Origin: Myxococcota bacterium
GTDB lineage: Bacteria > Myxococcota_A > UBA796 > GCA-2862545
Direction: 5' to 3'
Length of the DNA stretch: 64,000 bases
Assembly: GCA_039208735.1 (NCBI GenBank)
Contig: JBCCQY010000015.1
Span: 1 to 64,000, forward strand
Part shown: one piece after another, positions 1 to 9,415 of the stretch
How the letters are laid out: every line of letters starts with the position of its first letter
How positions within the stretch are numbered: position 1 is the first letter of the stretch
Program-made: the position numbers and the translations under genes
Notes under the pieces: model-generated
Seen by the model: the letters and a program-made list of their open reading frames with translations, nothing else
Told to the model about the DNA's origin: nothing
The model's database searches: none

Positions 1-2
1 AT

Positions 3-3000
3 AGCGGAACCCGACGGGTCGTGGAGTTGCTGGTCGACGAGCCAGGCCCCTGCCATGTGCTGATTACGTCGGAAGTGCCTGCGACCTTCAACACGCGAAC
101 CATCGTCCGAACCGAGCGGCTCAAGCCTTGGGACACCGAGCAGATCCACGAACTCATCACGACCCTGTTGGGGGCTCGTGCAGTGGAGATCCCTGGTTTG
201 CTTCAGTACGTGGACGCGGTGGCCGGGGGCCAGCCCCGCTTTGCGATCGACGCCGTGGTCGAGGCAGTTCGGCAGGGCGCCCTGGCCTTCCGGGACCGGC
301 AGTGGGTCGAAGGACGCGAGGCCTTGGGGCACCTCGGACCTCCGGATCCTGGCGACGCACCCTTGGTGCGTGGCCTCGACGAGCCATCCACTTGGTTAGG
401 CGCACTGATCGCGGCCCACGGCTACCCGATGCCTCGCGAACGGCTCGATGGACTCGTACATTGGCCGCCGGACCGCGTCGCCACGTCGTTGCATCGCTTG
501 ATCATCGCGGGTCTTGTGCGTTCCGAGGGTGGGCTGCTGCAGGTTGCCAGTGCACCGGCGGCCATGCGATTGATCGAGCGGACGTCCGATCCCGCTAGGC
601 TCCACATGCGATTGGCGGAAGTGCTCGAGCCGGTTGGGCCTTCGATGCGCCTGGGCTGGCACCTCGCGAAGGCGGGTGACCCTCAAGCGGTGATGCGTTG
701 TGGTTCGGCTTGCATCGCATTGGGCCGTCGCGATGATCCAGAGGATGCCGAAGCCCTTTCCGAAGCGCTCTGGCGCGTGGTGCAAACCTGGGACCTCGCC
801 ACGGAACGCATTTTGGCCCTATTGGCGGCTCGACGACCCGAAGATGCCGCTACGTTTGCGGCATCGCTCGAATCGGGGAACGCCGAGCGGCCGGGTCTTT
901 TCCACCCTGCACCGCAGACGTTGCTCGTGGCTTGGGCGCGGGCGCTCGTGGCTTGTGGTCGCCCAGCCGACGCCCTCGCGGTGATTCGTCAGGCGCAATC
1001 GGTCGGGCGGCATCGCGCAGAGAGCGGGTTCCGGACCATCGAACTGCACGAGGTCCATGCCTTGGCGCTGTCGCGACTCGAGAGAATCGATGTCGCAGCG
1101 AAAATCGCGATGGCCGCGACGTCGGCGATTCCTGCGCCAGAGACCCCACCGGACCTCGAGGATGCATGGCTTCGGACCAGAGTGATTGCGGCGGACTGCC
1201 TCAAGCGCATGGGAGATGCGGATGAAGCGGTCGCATTGCTTGCGGAGATTCCCGGGTCCCTTGGCGCCGGTCGACAGGTTCGAGGGTCGCTCGAGGCGCG
1301 GCGGGGACGGTTGCTCTGGCACCAGAAGCGATACCGAGAGTCGGCCCACGTGTTTGCAGAGGCCGCGCGAGCGTCGGCCGGCCTCTCGGCCCTCGATCGT
1401 GCACGGCTGGCCAACAACAGCGCATTGGCAAGCTTCAAGGTTGGGGACCCTGCCGCGGCGGTCACGCAATGGGAACGTGCCCGCCTGATTTTCGACCGGT
1501 TAGGCGCCGAGCGGTCCCGCATCGGGGTGCAGCTCAACCTGTGTGTCGGGTACCTCGAACTCGGGCGCTGGGAACGTGCCCGTAGAGCGGGGACGTGGTC
1601 GTTGGCCCACGCCCAGCAACAAGGCGAGCACCGCTACGAAGCCATGGCGGCGGGGAACTTGGGGGATGTTCATCGGCAACTCGAGCAGTTCGAACTCGCG
1701 GAGGCGCGGTACCACGACGCGCTGGGTATTGCCGAGACGTATGGATTTGCCGAGGAGATCGCCGAGAACCTTCGGCGGGTTGGCCAGTTGGCGCAAGAAC
1801 GAGGCGACGAAGACGCCCTTCAGCGTTGTCAGGTGGCTGAGCAACGGGCCCGCGAACTCGAAATCCATGCGGAAGCGGGTCTTGCCGCCGCATTGCTTGC
1901 GGTAGCGTACGCGCGGAACGGTGAGGCAGAGCCGGCCACCGAAGCGCTCGCACGGTCGCGCGATGAACTCGCCGATCATGGCGATGCCCGCGAACTGGCC
2001 GAGTGGCGATTGTGCTCCGCCATGGTGAGCCAGTCGCTCGGTCGGTCTGATCGGGCGGTCGCGGAGTTGGCTCGGGTGGTGCTGTTTGCCGAAGAGGTGG
2101 GCAGTGTGCAGCTTCGTGCCCGTGCCGACCAAGTCGCCCAACAGATCGACGGGGCACGCCTCACCGGAGGGCCCGACCGAGAGGGCATGCTGCTCGACAT
2201 GGCGGTCGCGGTCGCACAGGAACAGGACCTCGAAAGCCTGCTCCAGGCGATTGCGGAGGCCGCCCTCAAGCTCACCGAGGCCAACCGGGCGTTCGTCCTG
2301 CAGCGCGATGGTCGACGCGTGTTGGCGAGTGCGTTCGCCGCGGATGCCGATCTGTCGCCGCCATCGTGGACTATCGCTGAACGAGCGATAGATGAAAACC
2401 GAGAAGTCATCGTGGCCGACCTTGGCGATCGCCCCGATCTTCGAGCCTCGACCTCGGTCATGACCCTCGATCTGCGGTCCGTGATGTGCGTGCCCCTCGT
2501 TCGCGCTTCCGACGTCCTGGGCGCGCTGTATGTCGACAGTGACCATGCCGCCGAGCAGGAATTGGTGGAGTTAGGGCGCTACTTGCGGGCGCTTGCGGGG
2601 TACGCAGCGATCGCCATCGCCAATGCAGAGCGAGTGGCCCAGCATGACCGTCAAATCGAAGATGCTGCGGCCCTGGCCCACGACATGCGAAACCTCGCAC
2701 TCGTGCTGATCGGCCTGGCGGAGCACGTGACGGAAATCGAGACGGCCGACCTCGAAACCATCGAGTCGATGGTCGACGTGCGGCAGGTCGGTCAGCAACT
2801 CGTGCAAATGACCGAGCAGTTCCTGCAGCCTTCACTACGCAAGCCCGAGGTGTTGTCGTTGTCCGAGATCATCGAGCAGGTCTCCTCGGTGGTTCGCCAC
2901 GAGGCAGAGCGTCGGCACATCGAACTCGTCGTTGATGCGCCGCCGGGCCACCACGTCCATGTCGATCGAGAAGCGGTGCGTCGGGCGCTGTTCAACATCG

Positions 3001-3302
3001 TCCACAACGCGTTCAAGTATTGCGGGGACAACGGCCGGGTAGCACTCTCGGTTTCGGGCAGCGTCGAGCACGTCTACTTCACGGTGCACGATTCGGGGCC
3101 GGGCATTCCTGACGAGATCGCGCCCTACATCTTTGACTTTCGACGGCAGGGTCGTCAGGCTCGCCAGGGCTTTGGCATTGGCCTGTCCGTGGCCTCGCGC
3201 GCCGTCTCGGACGCGGGAGGCACGATTCGGGCGGGCAACCACCCTACCGGAGGCGGCTTGGTCACCATCATCCTGCCCCGGACGAAGTTGGCCGAAGTGT
3301 AG
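3..3302 (+). CDS. Large TPR-GAF-histidine kinase signalling protein (5' end probably truncated by the window edge)
   Basis: The frame is open from the window start. A long Ala/Arg-rich TPR-like region precedes a GAF domain (LRSVMCVPL...LGALYVD). Kinase motifs: H-box LAHDMRN, N-box LFNIVHNAFKY, G1 HDSGPGI, G2 GFGIGLS. Confidence 0.85.
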   Translation, partial: SGTRRVVELLVDEPGPCHVLITSEVPATFNTRTIVRTERLKPWDTEQIHELITTLLGARAVEIPGLLQYVDAVAGGQPRFAIDAVVEAVRQGALAFRDRQWVEGREALGHLGPPDPGDAPLVRGLDEPSTWLGALIAAHGYPMPRERLDGLVHWPPDRVATSLHRLIIAGLVRSEGGLLQVASAPAAMRLIERTSDPARLHMRLAEVLEPVGPSMRLGWHLAKAGDPQAVMRCGSACIALGRRDDPEDAEALSEALWRVVQTWDLATERILALLAARRPEDAATFAASLESGNAERPGLFHPAPQTLLVAWARALVACGRPADALAVIRQAQSVGRHRAESGFRTIELHEVHALALSRLERIDVAAKIAMAATSAIPAPETPPDLEDAWLRTRVIAADCLKRMGDADEAVALLAEIPGSLGAGRQVRGSLEARRGRLLWHQKRYRESAHVFAEAARASAGLSALDRARLANNSALASFKVGDPAAAVTQWERARLIFDRLGAERSRIGVQLNLCVGYLELGRWERARRAGTWSLAHAQQQGEHRYEAMAAGNLGDVHRQLEQFELAEARYHDALGIAETYGFAEEIAENLRRVGQLAQERGDEDALQRCQVAEQRARELEIHAEAGLAAALLAVAYARNGEAEPATEALARSRDELADHGDARELAEWRLCSAMVSQSLGRSDRAVAELARVVLFAEEVGSVQLRARADQVAQQIDGARLTGGPDREGMLLDMAVAVAQEQDLESLLQAIAEAALKLTEANRAFVLQRDGRRVLASAFAADADLSPPSWTIAERAIDENREVIVADLGDRPDLRASTSVMTLDLRSVMCVPLVRASDVLGALYVDSDHAAEQELVELGRYLRALAGYAAIAIANAERVAQHDRQIEDAAALAHDMRNLALVLIGLAEHVTEIETADLETIESMVDVRQVGQQLVQMTEQFLQPSLRKPEVLSLSEIIEQVSSVVRHEAERRHIELVVDAPPGHHVHVDREAVRRALFNIVHNAFKYCGDNGRVALSVSGSVEHVYFTVHDSGPGIPDEIAPYIFDFRRQGRQARQGFGIGLSVASRAVSDAGGTIRAGNHPTGGGLVTIILPRTKLAEV

Positions 3303-3304
3303 GC

Positions 3305-3853
3305 CTACTCCTTGGGCGGGCTGTCCCAATCCTGGACTTCGCGACCCTCCATGCGCGACAGGATGTCCAGTGCCGCCTTGGCGCCATCACCTGCGCTGAT
3401 GATGGCCTGAGAACGCGTAGGCCGAACCATTCGGCCGACCGCATACACGTTGGGCACCGTGGTCAGACCATGCTCGTCGACCTTCACCCCGCGTTCGGTC
3501 TCTTCACAACCGAGCGCCCGAGCGAGGGTGGGCGTTTTGCCTTCGGAGAGCACCACGATGTTGGCGCTCAAGGGCTCTCCTGCTTCAAGGGTCGCCACAA
3601 ACCCATCTTCGGCCTTCGCAAGCTCGGTCACCTTGGCGTCGCGGAGTTCCGCGCCTAGACCGTGCACCTGAGCACGGGCCTTGGCTTGGAAGTCCGTTCC
3701 CGTCATGGATTCGATGCCCAGGTAGTTGTAGAGCATCGCCCAGTTCATCGCGGTTTCATCCTTGCCGACCACCGTGACGGACTGACCTGCCTTCGCAAGG
3801 TAGAGGGCGGCCGAAAGTCCGCCCGGGCCGTCACCGATCACCAGTACCTTCAT
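3305..3853 (-). CDS. Short FAD-binding thioredoxin-reductase-like oxidoreductase (182 aa)
   Basis: Begins MKVLVIGDGPGGLSAALYLAK and ends TTVPNVYAVG...QAIISAGDGAKAA. GAGGAGG SD precedes the ATG at 3853. Confidence 0.8.
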   Translation of the reverse strand: MKVLVIGDGPGGLSAALYLAKAGQSVTVVGKDETAMNWAMLYNYLGIESMTGTDFQAKARAQVHGLGAELRDAKVTELAKAEDGFVATLEAGEPLSANIVVLSEGKTPTLARALGCEETERGVKVDEHGLTTVPNVYAVGRMVRPTRSQAIISAGDGAKAALDILSRMEGREVQDWDSPPKE

Positions 3854-3903
3854 AGGTTGACCTCCTCTCGAGGCCTTAGCGTGGTTCTGGCGAAGGCAGT
3901 GTG

Positions 3904-5334
3904 TCAGGCGCCGATGTAGCTGCCCCCGCACACGCGCAGCACCTGGCCGGTAACCCCGCTGGCACCGGGGCTTGCGAGGAAAGTCGCCATCGACGCGATG
4001 TCCTCGGGCAGCCCTCCCTGGGCAAGGTTCGACAATCGCCGGCCGGCCTCACGGTTGGCTAGCGGGATCGCAGCCGTCATACGTGTCTCGATGAATCCAG
4101 GGGCAATCGCATTGACGGTGACGCCCTGGCTTGCCCACTGGCTCGCAAGCTTACGGACAAAGCCGATGAGGCCTGCTTTGGACGCGCTGTAGTTCGTCTG
4201 GCCGACGTTGCCCGCAATGCCCGCGATCGAAGACATCGCGATCACGCGCCCTTGCGGGGTGATGAGGGGCTTGAGGGTGTCGGTGAGGCGCATCGCCGCG
4301 GTGAGGTTGACGTCAATGGTCAGGTCCCACATCGCGTCGGTCATCTTGGCCAGTGTCTTGTCGCGGGTGATTCCCGCGTTGTGCACGAGGATGTGGAGCA
4401 TTCCCTCGTGATCGCGAAGGTGCTGGACAAGCGTCGTGCCCGCATCGGGGTTGGTGATGTCGATGCCTACGAAGCGGCCTCCCACCGAGCGGGCCACCTC
4501 TTGGCCAAGCTCGGCGTCTTCGGGTCGGTCCACCACGATGACCGTCGCGCCCTCTTGGGCCATGGCCGTGGCGATGGCCGCCCCGATTCCTCGTGCGGCA
4601 CCGGTGACCACCGCCACCCGGCCCTCGAGGGGCCGCACCCACACAGGGTCGCTTCCTTGCGCCTCGCGGGTCACCCGGAGGGGCTGGCCAGACACGAACG
4701 CGGAGCGGGGCGAGAGCATCCATCGGAGCACGGCAGGGAGCCGATCCTCGGCTCCGCCTTCCACCGCAATCAGGTTGGCCGTCGCGCCGAACCGTCCAAC
4801 CTCACGACCACAACTGCGCACGAACCCCTCGAGCGCCTGACGCGTCGCCGCCGCTTCGGGACTCGAAGCCCAGCCGGGCAGGCGTCCCAGCACGATCAGG
4901 CGGCCGGATTTGGCGATGCCCCGAATGCGCGGGTGAAAAAAGTCATAGAGGGCGCGGAGGTCGCTGGGCTCTCGCATGCTTGTCGCGTCGAAGACCAGCG
5001 CCCAGGGGCGTTCCTCGGGACCGGGGGCGTCCTCGGTGATCCCATGAAGTGGCGTATCCGCCGCTCGAGCCGCTTCCGCAAGGGGCTTTTGCCAATGCGC
5101 ATCTGCGGCCAGCCAGCACGTGGCTCCTGCGCCAGGCAGCGTTGCGGCGAGCGGATCCGCAAGGTGGCCTTTGGGGCTCGCGCCGATCACGATGTTGCGG
5201 CCCTGCAAGGGACGCTCTTGCCAAGGTTCAGAGGCACGTTCGAGCCGCTCGGGCATAGGAAGCGGCAGCCCGAGGGAGGACACCACCTGGCGGGCTCGTT
5301 TGTTGCTCGCCAATTCAAGAAGAAAGTCAGCCAT
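3904..5334 (-). CDS. fabG: High-molecular-weight 3-oxoacyl-(ACP/CoA) reductase, FabG4-type SDR
   Basis: TGAARGIG, HNAGITRD, NYSASK and APGFIET motifs, preceded by a long N-terminal extra domain typical of FabG4. Overlaps the upstream gene stop. Confidence 0.85.
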   Translation of the reverse strand: MADFLLELASNKRARQVVSSLGLPLPMPERLERASEPWQERPLQGRNIVIGASPKGHLADPLAATLPGAGATCWLAADAHWQKPLAEAARAADTPLHGITEDAPGPEERPWALVFDATSMREPSDLRALYDFFHPRIRGIAKSGRLIVLGRLPGWASSPEAAATRQALEGFVRSCGREVGRFGATANLIAVEGGAEDRLPAVLRWMLSPRSAFVSGQPLRVTREAQGSDPVWVRPLEGRVAVVTGAARGIGAAIATAMAQEGATVIVVDRPEDAELGQEVARSVGGRFVGIDITNPDAGTTLVQHLRDHEGMLHILVHNAGITRDKTLAKMTDAMWDLTIDVNLTAAMRLTDTLKPLITPQGRVIAMSSIAGIAGNVGQTNYSASKAGLIGFVRKLASQWASQGVTVNAIAPGFIETRMTAAIPLANREAGRRLSNLAQGGLPEDIASMATFLASPGASGVTGQVLRVCGGSYIGA

Positions 5335-6217
5335 GGGTCGGAGTCTCCGAGAACGTGCCGGTGAGGAATGCCGGCTCGTCCGGCGTGTGGCCAACGGCGA
5401 CGGCGTCGTCCTTGACGTAGAATGCGATCGAACGAGGCAATACCACCGGTTTGGTGAATTTCACGTCGATGACGGCAAGCCGAGAGGGTTGACCCTCGAG
5501 TCGTGTCTCGACCAAGGTTTCGACGAGGTAGGACAAGGTGGCGAAGCCGTGCAGGATGGTAGATGGAAAGCCAAACATCTTCGCGTAGGGAGTCAGCCAG
5601 TGCACGGGGTTTACATCGCCCGTGAGCAAAGCGTAGTCCACTGCATCCTGCTTTAAAACTTCGCGACGCCCGATCTCGGTCGCATCGGTGGGCACGAGAG
5701 CCGGGGTCTTCTTGCCTCCCGATCCCCGCTTCAGGGGAATGACGGCATACATCGTGGCGGTCACCGCATCGGGGACGCTCGCGGTCGAGGTGACGAGGCG
5801 AGTCTTGAGGACCGCACGCCGGTCGTTGTCGTCGATGTGGTCGAGCCAACCTCGCAGTTGAAGCGGCTCATCATCGGGAAGCGGCCGATGCATCTCGATT
5901 CGGGCTCCGCCATTCAGCCCACGAGCCAGCGGATACGGTAAGTCGCGCAGGGTCTTGGCCAACAGCGGAAACCCCCACTGCGAAAACAAGTGCCCTGGCA
6001 CCACCCCTTTGTAGTTCGCGGGGGTGCCCCCGGATGCGGTGATGAAGTCGTCGACCAGGCCTCGAGGCCGAGGGGGGACGGTGGCCGTGTGTTCGGGCCC
6101 GGGCACCTGGGGAGGGCCTTCGGGACGCCGCCCCGGCCGCAAACCGGAGACGGCCGTTTCGAGCAAGGTGCGAATCATCGGCCCCTGTTGCAGGGCATGA
6201 CGTCGAGAAACGGGCAT
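5327..6217 (-). CDS. MaoC-family double hot-dog (R)-enoyl-CoA hydratase/dehydratase
   Basis: Hydratase-2 motif YALLTGDVNPVH...ILHG and FTKPVVLP. GAGGT SD before the ATG at 6217. Confidence 0.85.
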   Translation of the reverse strand: MPVSRRHALQQGPMIRTLLETAVSGLRPGRRPEGPPQVPGPEHTATVPPRPRGLVDDFITASGGTPANYKGVVPGHLFSQWGFPLLAKTLRDLPYPLARGLNGGARIEMHRPLPDDEPLQLRGWLDHIDDNDRRAVLKTRLVTSTASVPDAVTATMYAVIPLKRGSGGKKTPALVPTDATEIGRREVLKQDAVDYALLTGDVNPVHWLTPYAKMFGFPSTILHGFATLSYLVETLVETRLEGQPSRLAVIDVKFTKPVVLPRSIAFYVKDDAVAVGHTPDEPAFLTGTFSETPTHG

Positions 6218-6227
6218 CGCGACCTCG

Positions 6228-8165
6228 CTACTTTGCGGCCTGGGCGGTGATCTGGGGCGCCTCTTCGGCACCGTGCAGGTCACGCAGCAGCCGCAACCCC
6301 GTGGTCTGGATTTCGTCGAGCCAGAACCGGCATCGTGGCTCGGCGCGCTCGAGGAACCGGTCGAGGATGGGCGCACGGTCCGGGTGAGCGGTGACCTGCT
6401 CGAGCAGCGTCTCTGCCATCGCCACATCGGTCAAGATCTTGGTGAGCCGTTCGGCATGGAGCATGGCCAGCGCGAAGTCGCGCTTGGGGTCGAAGGTCGA
6501 CAGCGCTTTACGCCACGAACCCAGGGGCTGGTTGCGAAGGTCCTTGATCTTTTCCTGGGCCAAGCGGGAGAGCAGGAACCGAACCGCCGTGTGCTGAAGG
6601 CTCCGCAACCGGGCGACCCGCCGCACATGGAACGTCGAGCCCGATACAGCGCGCCACCGAGTGGAGGCCGTGTCGGCGACGAACGAGCGGGGATGAAGGA
6701 CCGCATGCATGAGGTTGTCCTTCATGGACATAAGCGCCTGAATCTGGCTTGTTCCCTCATAAATCGGCATTACGACGGCGTCGCGCAACAGCTTCTCAAC
6801 CCCGTACTCTACGGTGTAGCCCGCTCCGCCGTGGATTTGGAGGCTCCGTCGAGCCATTTCGACGGCCTTTTCGGACGCGTAGTACTTCAGCAGCGGGGTG
6901 AGATGCCGGGCGCGACGCGCATGGGTCTTTTGCTCCTTTTCGAGTTGGGCGCGCTCTTCGGGATCCGCAGGTGGGTCAACCGTTAGGCGTATCTTCAGCT
7001 TCTGCGCTACCTCGTCGTGGAACCCTGCCGTCACGGCAAGGCAACGAATGGCCTGCAGGTCGGTTCGCATTTCGTCGAGGTAGTCGGCAATCATCTCATG
7101 GCGATCGATCGTGCGACCCATCGACGCTCGCTGCTCGGCGAAGTCGATGGCCTTGCGGTAGGCCATCTCGCACAATCCCAAGGCTTCGAATCCGACGCCC
7201 ACCCGCGCACCGTTCATGAGCAGGAGCATGTGCTTGAAGCCTTCGCCACGCTCGCCAATGAGCTTGGCGGGGGCGCGTTCGAAGCTGATGGCGACGGTCG
7301 CTGACCCGTGATGGCCAAGCTTTTCTTCGACCCCATCGAGGGTTGTGAACTCGCGGACCTTCTGGCCTGAATCGTCGATCGAGTAGGCTTCGACCAGAAA
7401 CATGGAGAGGCCGCCGAGGCCCGCCATGGGGGAGTCGTCATCCTCAGGGGTGGGCTCGGTGCGCGCGATCACGAAGTGCCACCGTCCGTGGCCGCTCGTG
7501 ATGTAGATCTTCTGGCCGGTCACGAACCAGTTTCCGTCTTTGTCTTGTTCGCCTCGGCAGCGAAGTGCGGCCATGTCGGACCCGGCATCCGGCTCCGTGA
7601 TGTCCATGCTGCCCCAGGCTTCACCCGCCAAGATCGTGTCGATCACCTCGCGGAAGCGAACGTCGGTAAACGTCTTCGTCTCGGGGTCGAAGGTCGCCGA
7701 GCCCTCCTCGATGGCGTAGGCGAGGGCGGCCAACGCGATGCCCCCATGAAAGCCGTGGTGCGCTGCAATCGAGACATCGGCTCGACTCAGCACTTCGGTT
7801 TGAAGCTGGAAGAGCAAAATCGGTGCGTTCATCCCACCCAGTTCACGAGGCAGCGTTAGCCCGTTCATCTCGAGCTCCGATAGGCCTTCGAGCACGCGAT
7901 TCATCGGCTCTGGATAGACCACCTCGCCGTCCTCGAGGCGGGGATGCGCGGCATCCAGCTCCAGACTGTGAGCCGCGATTTCGTTCGCTGCAAAGTCGCC
8001 CACCAACGTGAGCACTTCGCGGAAGAACTCTTGGGCTTCGGCGACCGAGGCGTGCCCATCGGGGTTCGGCCCTCCATGCTCGGAAAGGTCGACGAGGGTG
8101 GTCCAGTCAATGCCGCGCTCGAGGTAGAACTTCAAGTCGTCATTGTCGTCGTAGAAGTTAGCCAT
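6228..8165 (-). CDS. Acyl-CoA dehydrogenase
   Basis: MDITEPDAGSD, GQKIYITSG, EEKLGHHGSAT, QIHGGAGY and IYEGTSQIQ motifs. Confidence 0.92.
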   Translation of the reverse strand: MANFYDDNDDLKFYLERGIDWTTLVDLSEHGGPNPDGHASVAEAQEFFREVLTLVGDFAANEIAAHSLELDAAHPRLEDGEVVYPEPMNRVLEGLSELEMNGLTLPRELGGMNAPILLFQLQTEVLSRADVSIAAHHGFHGGIALAALAYAIEEGSATFDPETKTFTDVRFREVIDTILAGEAWGSMDITEPDAGSDMAALRCRGEQDKDGNWFVTGQKIYITSGHGRWHFVIARTEPTPEDDDSPMAGLGGLSMFLVEAYSIDDSGQKVREFTTLDGVEEKLGHHGSATVAISFERAPAKLIGERGEGFKHMLLLMNGARVGVGFEALGLCEMAYRKAIDFAEQRASMGRTIDRHEMIADYLDEMRTDLQAIRCLAVTAGFHDEVAQKLKIRLTVDPPADPEERAQLEKEQKTHARRARHLTPLLKYYASEKAVEMARRSLQIHGGAGYTVEYGVEKLLRDAVVMPIYEGTSQIQALMSMKDNLMHAVLHPRSFVADTASTRWRAVSGSTFHVRRVARLRSLQHTAVRFLLSRLAQEKIKDLRNQPLGSWRKALSTFDPKRDFALAMLHAERLTKILTDVAMAETLLEQVTAHPDRAPILDRFLERAEPRCRFWLDEIQTTGLRLLRDLHGAEEAPQITAQAAK

Positions 8166-8790
8166 CGCGGTCTCCTAGGTTCGGTCGATCGAGAAACAGA
8201 GCCGCTTTGCCGAGTCGAATGAGCTCGGCTTGCAGGCGTTCTGCTGATGGTGGGTCGTCCAACACATGCTTGGTGGCATGGCCCATTGCGGCCATCGAGA
8301 CGGCGGCATGCATGAGATGAACGACGTAAGCTTCGGGGTCGACGTCGCGGCGCGTGTGACCCTCGCGCTGCCCATCACGAATTCGGTCGGTGACCAGCTT
8401 CATGTAGGGCTTGAGATGCTCGGCGAACAACGACGTCATTTCGGCCGGACGATCCAGCATCTCGCGGGTGAGGAGCCGAGCCCGGTCGGGGCGTTCGTAA
8501 AAGAAGGCAAACGCCGTCTCGAGAATGGACCGGAAGCGGTCGGGACCCGACTGGCTGGCCAGCAGGATCCGCGGGAGCTCTTCCTTCCAGCGCGACAACA
8601 CGCCTTCGAGGACCTCGAGACGCAGCTGGTCCTTGGACCCAAAGTGGTAGATGAGCGTGGGCCTGCGGACGCCGGCGGCTTCCGCCACTTGTTGGACGGA
8701 AGTGCCGTCGTAGCCTTGGTCCGCAAAGAGGCGTTCGGCTTCACGCAGGATGCGGATTCGTGCCTCGGCCGGGGGCGATTCGTCGTTCAT
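8158..8790 (-). CDS. TetR/AcrR family transcriptional regulator
   Basis: N-terminal HTH: AERLFADQGYDGTSVQQVAEAAGVRRPTLIYHFGSKDQL. Confidence 0.92.
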   Translation of the reverse strand: MNDESPPAEARIRILREAERLFADQGYDGTSVQQVAEAAGVRRPTLIYHFGSKDQLRLEVLEGVLSRWKEELPRILLASQSGPDRFRSILETAFAFFYERPDRARLLTREMLDRPAEMTSLFAEHLKPYMKLVTDRIRDGQREGHTRRDVDPEAYVVHLMHAAVSMAAMGHATKHVLDDPPSAERLQAELIRLGKAALFLDRPNLGDRDG

Positions 8791-8798
8791 TGTTTCCC

Positions 8799-8837
8799 CT
8801 CTACCATCTGGTAGAGAATTGTCTACCGCCTGGTTGG
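8799..8837. promoter_or_regulatory. Putative TetR operator: perfect palindrome plus a degenerate second copy
   Basis: CTCTACCA-TC-TGGTAGAG at 8799-8816 and TCTACC-GCC-TGGTTGG at 8822-8837, offset by 22 bp, directly upstream of tetR. Confidence 0.7.
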
Positions 8838-8899
8838 TCAGGCGGTTGAACCGCCGAGCTGGTTAGCGGGACCGCCTCGTCAGGGCTTGGGAGGTCGCG

Positions 8900-9415
8900 G
8901 TGCATCGGCTGATCGACGGGATCACGCATTGGAACGTTGGCGTGGGCCACGTCGTCCGGTGGTTGCTCGTGATCATGGTGGGAATCGGGAGTGCCAACGC
9001 GATCCTGCGGTACGCGAGCACGTCGCTGGGGGCCAACCTGTCGTCGAACGGTCTCATCGAACTGCAGTGGTACCTGTTCGCAGCTGTGTTTCTCTTAGGT
9101 GCGCCCTACACTCTGATTCGCAACCGTCATGTACGGGTGGACGTGTTCTACGGTCGCCTGTCGGGGCGACAGCAGGCCTGGGTCGACCTCGGGGGCACGT
9201 TGGGGTTCCTGTTGCCCTTCAGCATTTTTGGTGTGGTGACGTCGTGGCCCTTGGTTCGACAGAGCTTTGCGATCGGTGAGATGTCACCGGATCCCGGCGG
9301 ATTGTTGCGGTGGCCGGTGAAGGCGCTCGTGCCGCTTGCCTTTGCGCTGCTCGCGCTACAGTCGCTGGCCCAACTCCGCGACGCTGTGCGGCGCATTCGA
9401 GAGGAGGCGCCATGA
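8900..9415 (+). CDS. dctQ: TRAP transporter small permease (DctQ)
   Basis: Four hydrophobic segments; ELQWYLFAAVFLLGAPYTL..HVRVD; GEMSPDPGGL. Confidence 0.9.
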   Translation: MHRLIDGITHWNVGVGHVVRWLLVIMVGIGSANAILRYASTSLGANLSSNGLIELQWYLFAAVFLLGAPYTLIRNRHVRVDVFYGRLSGRQQAWVDLGGTLGFLLPFSIFGVVTSWPLVRQSFAIGEMSPDPGGLLRWPVKALVPLAFALLALQSLAQLRDAVRRIREEAP

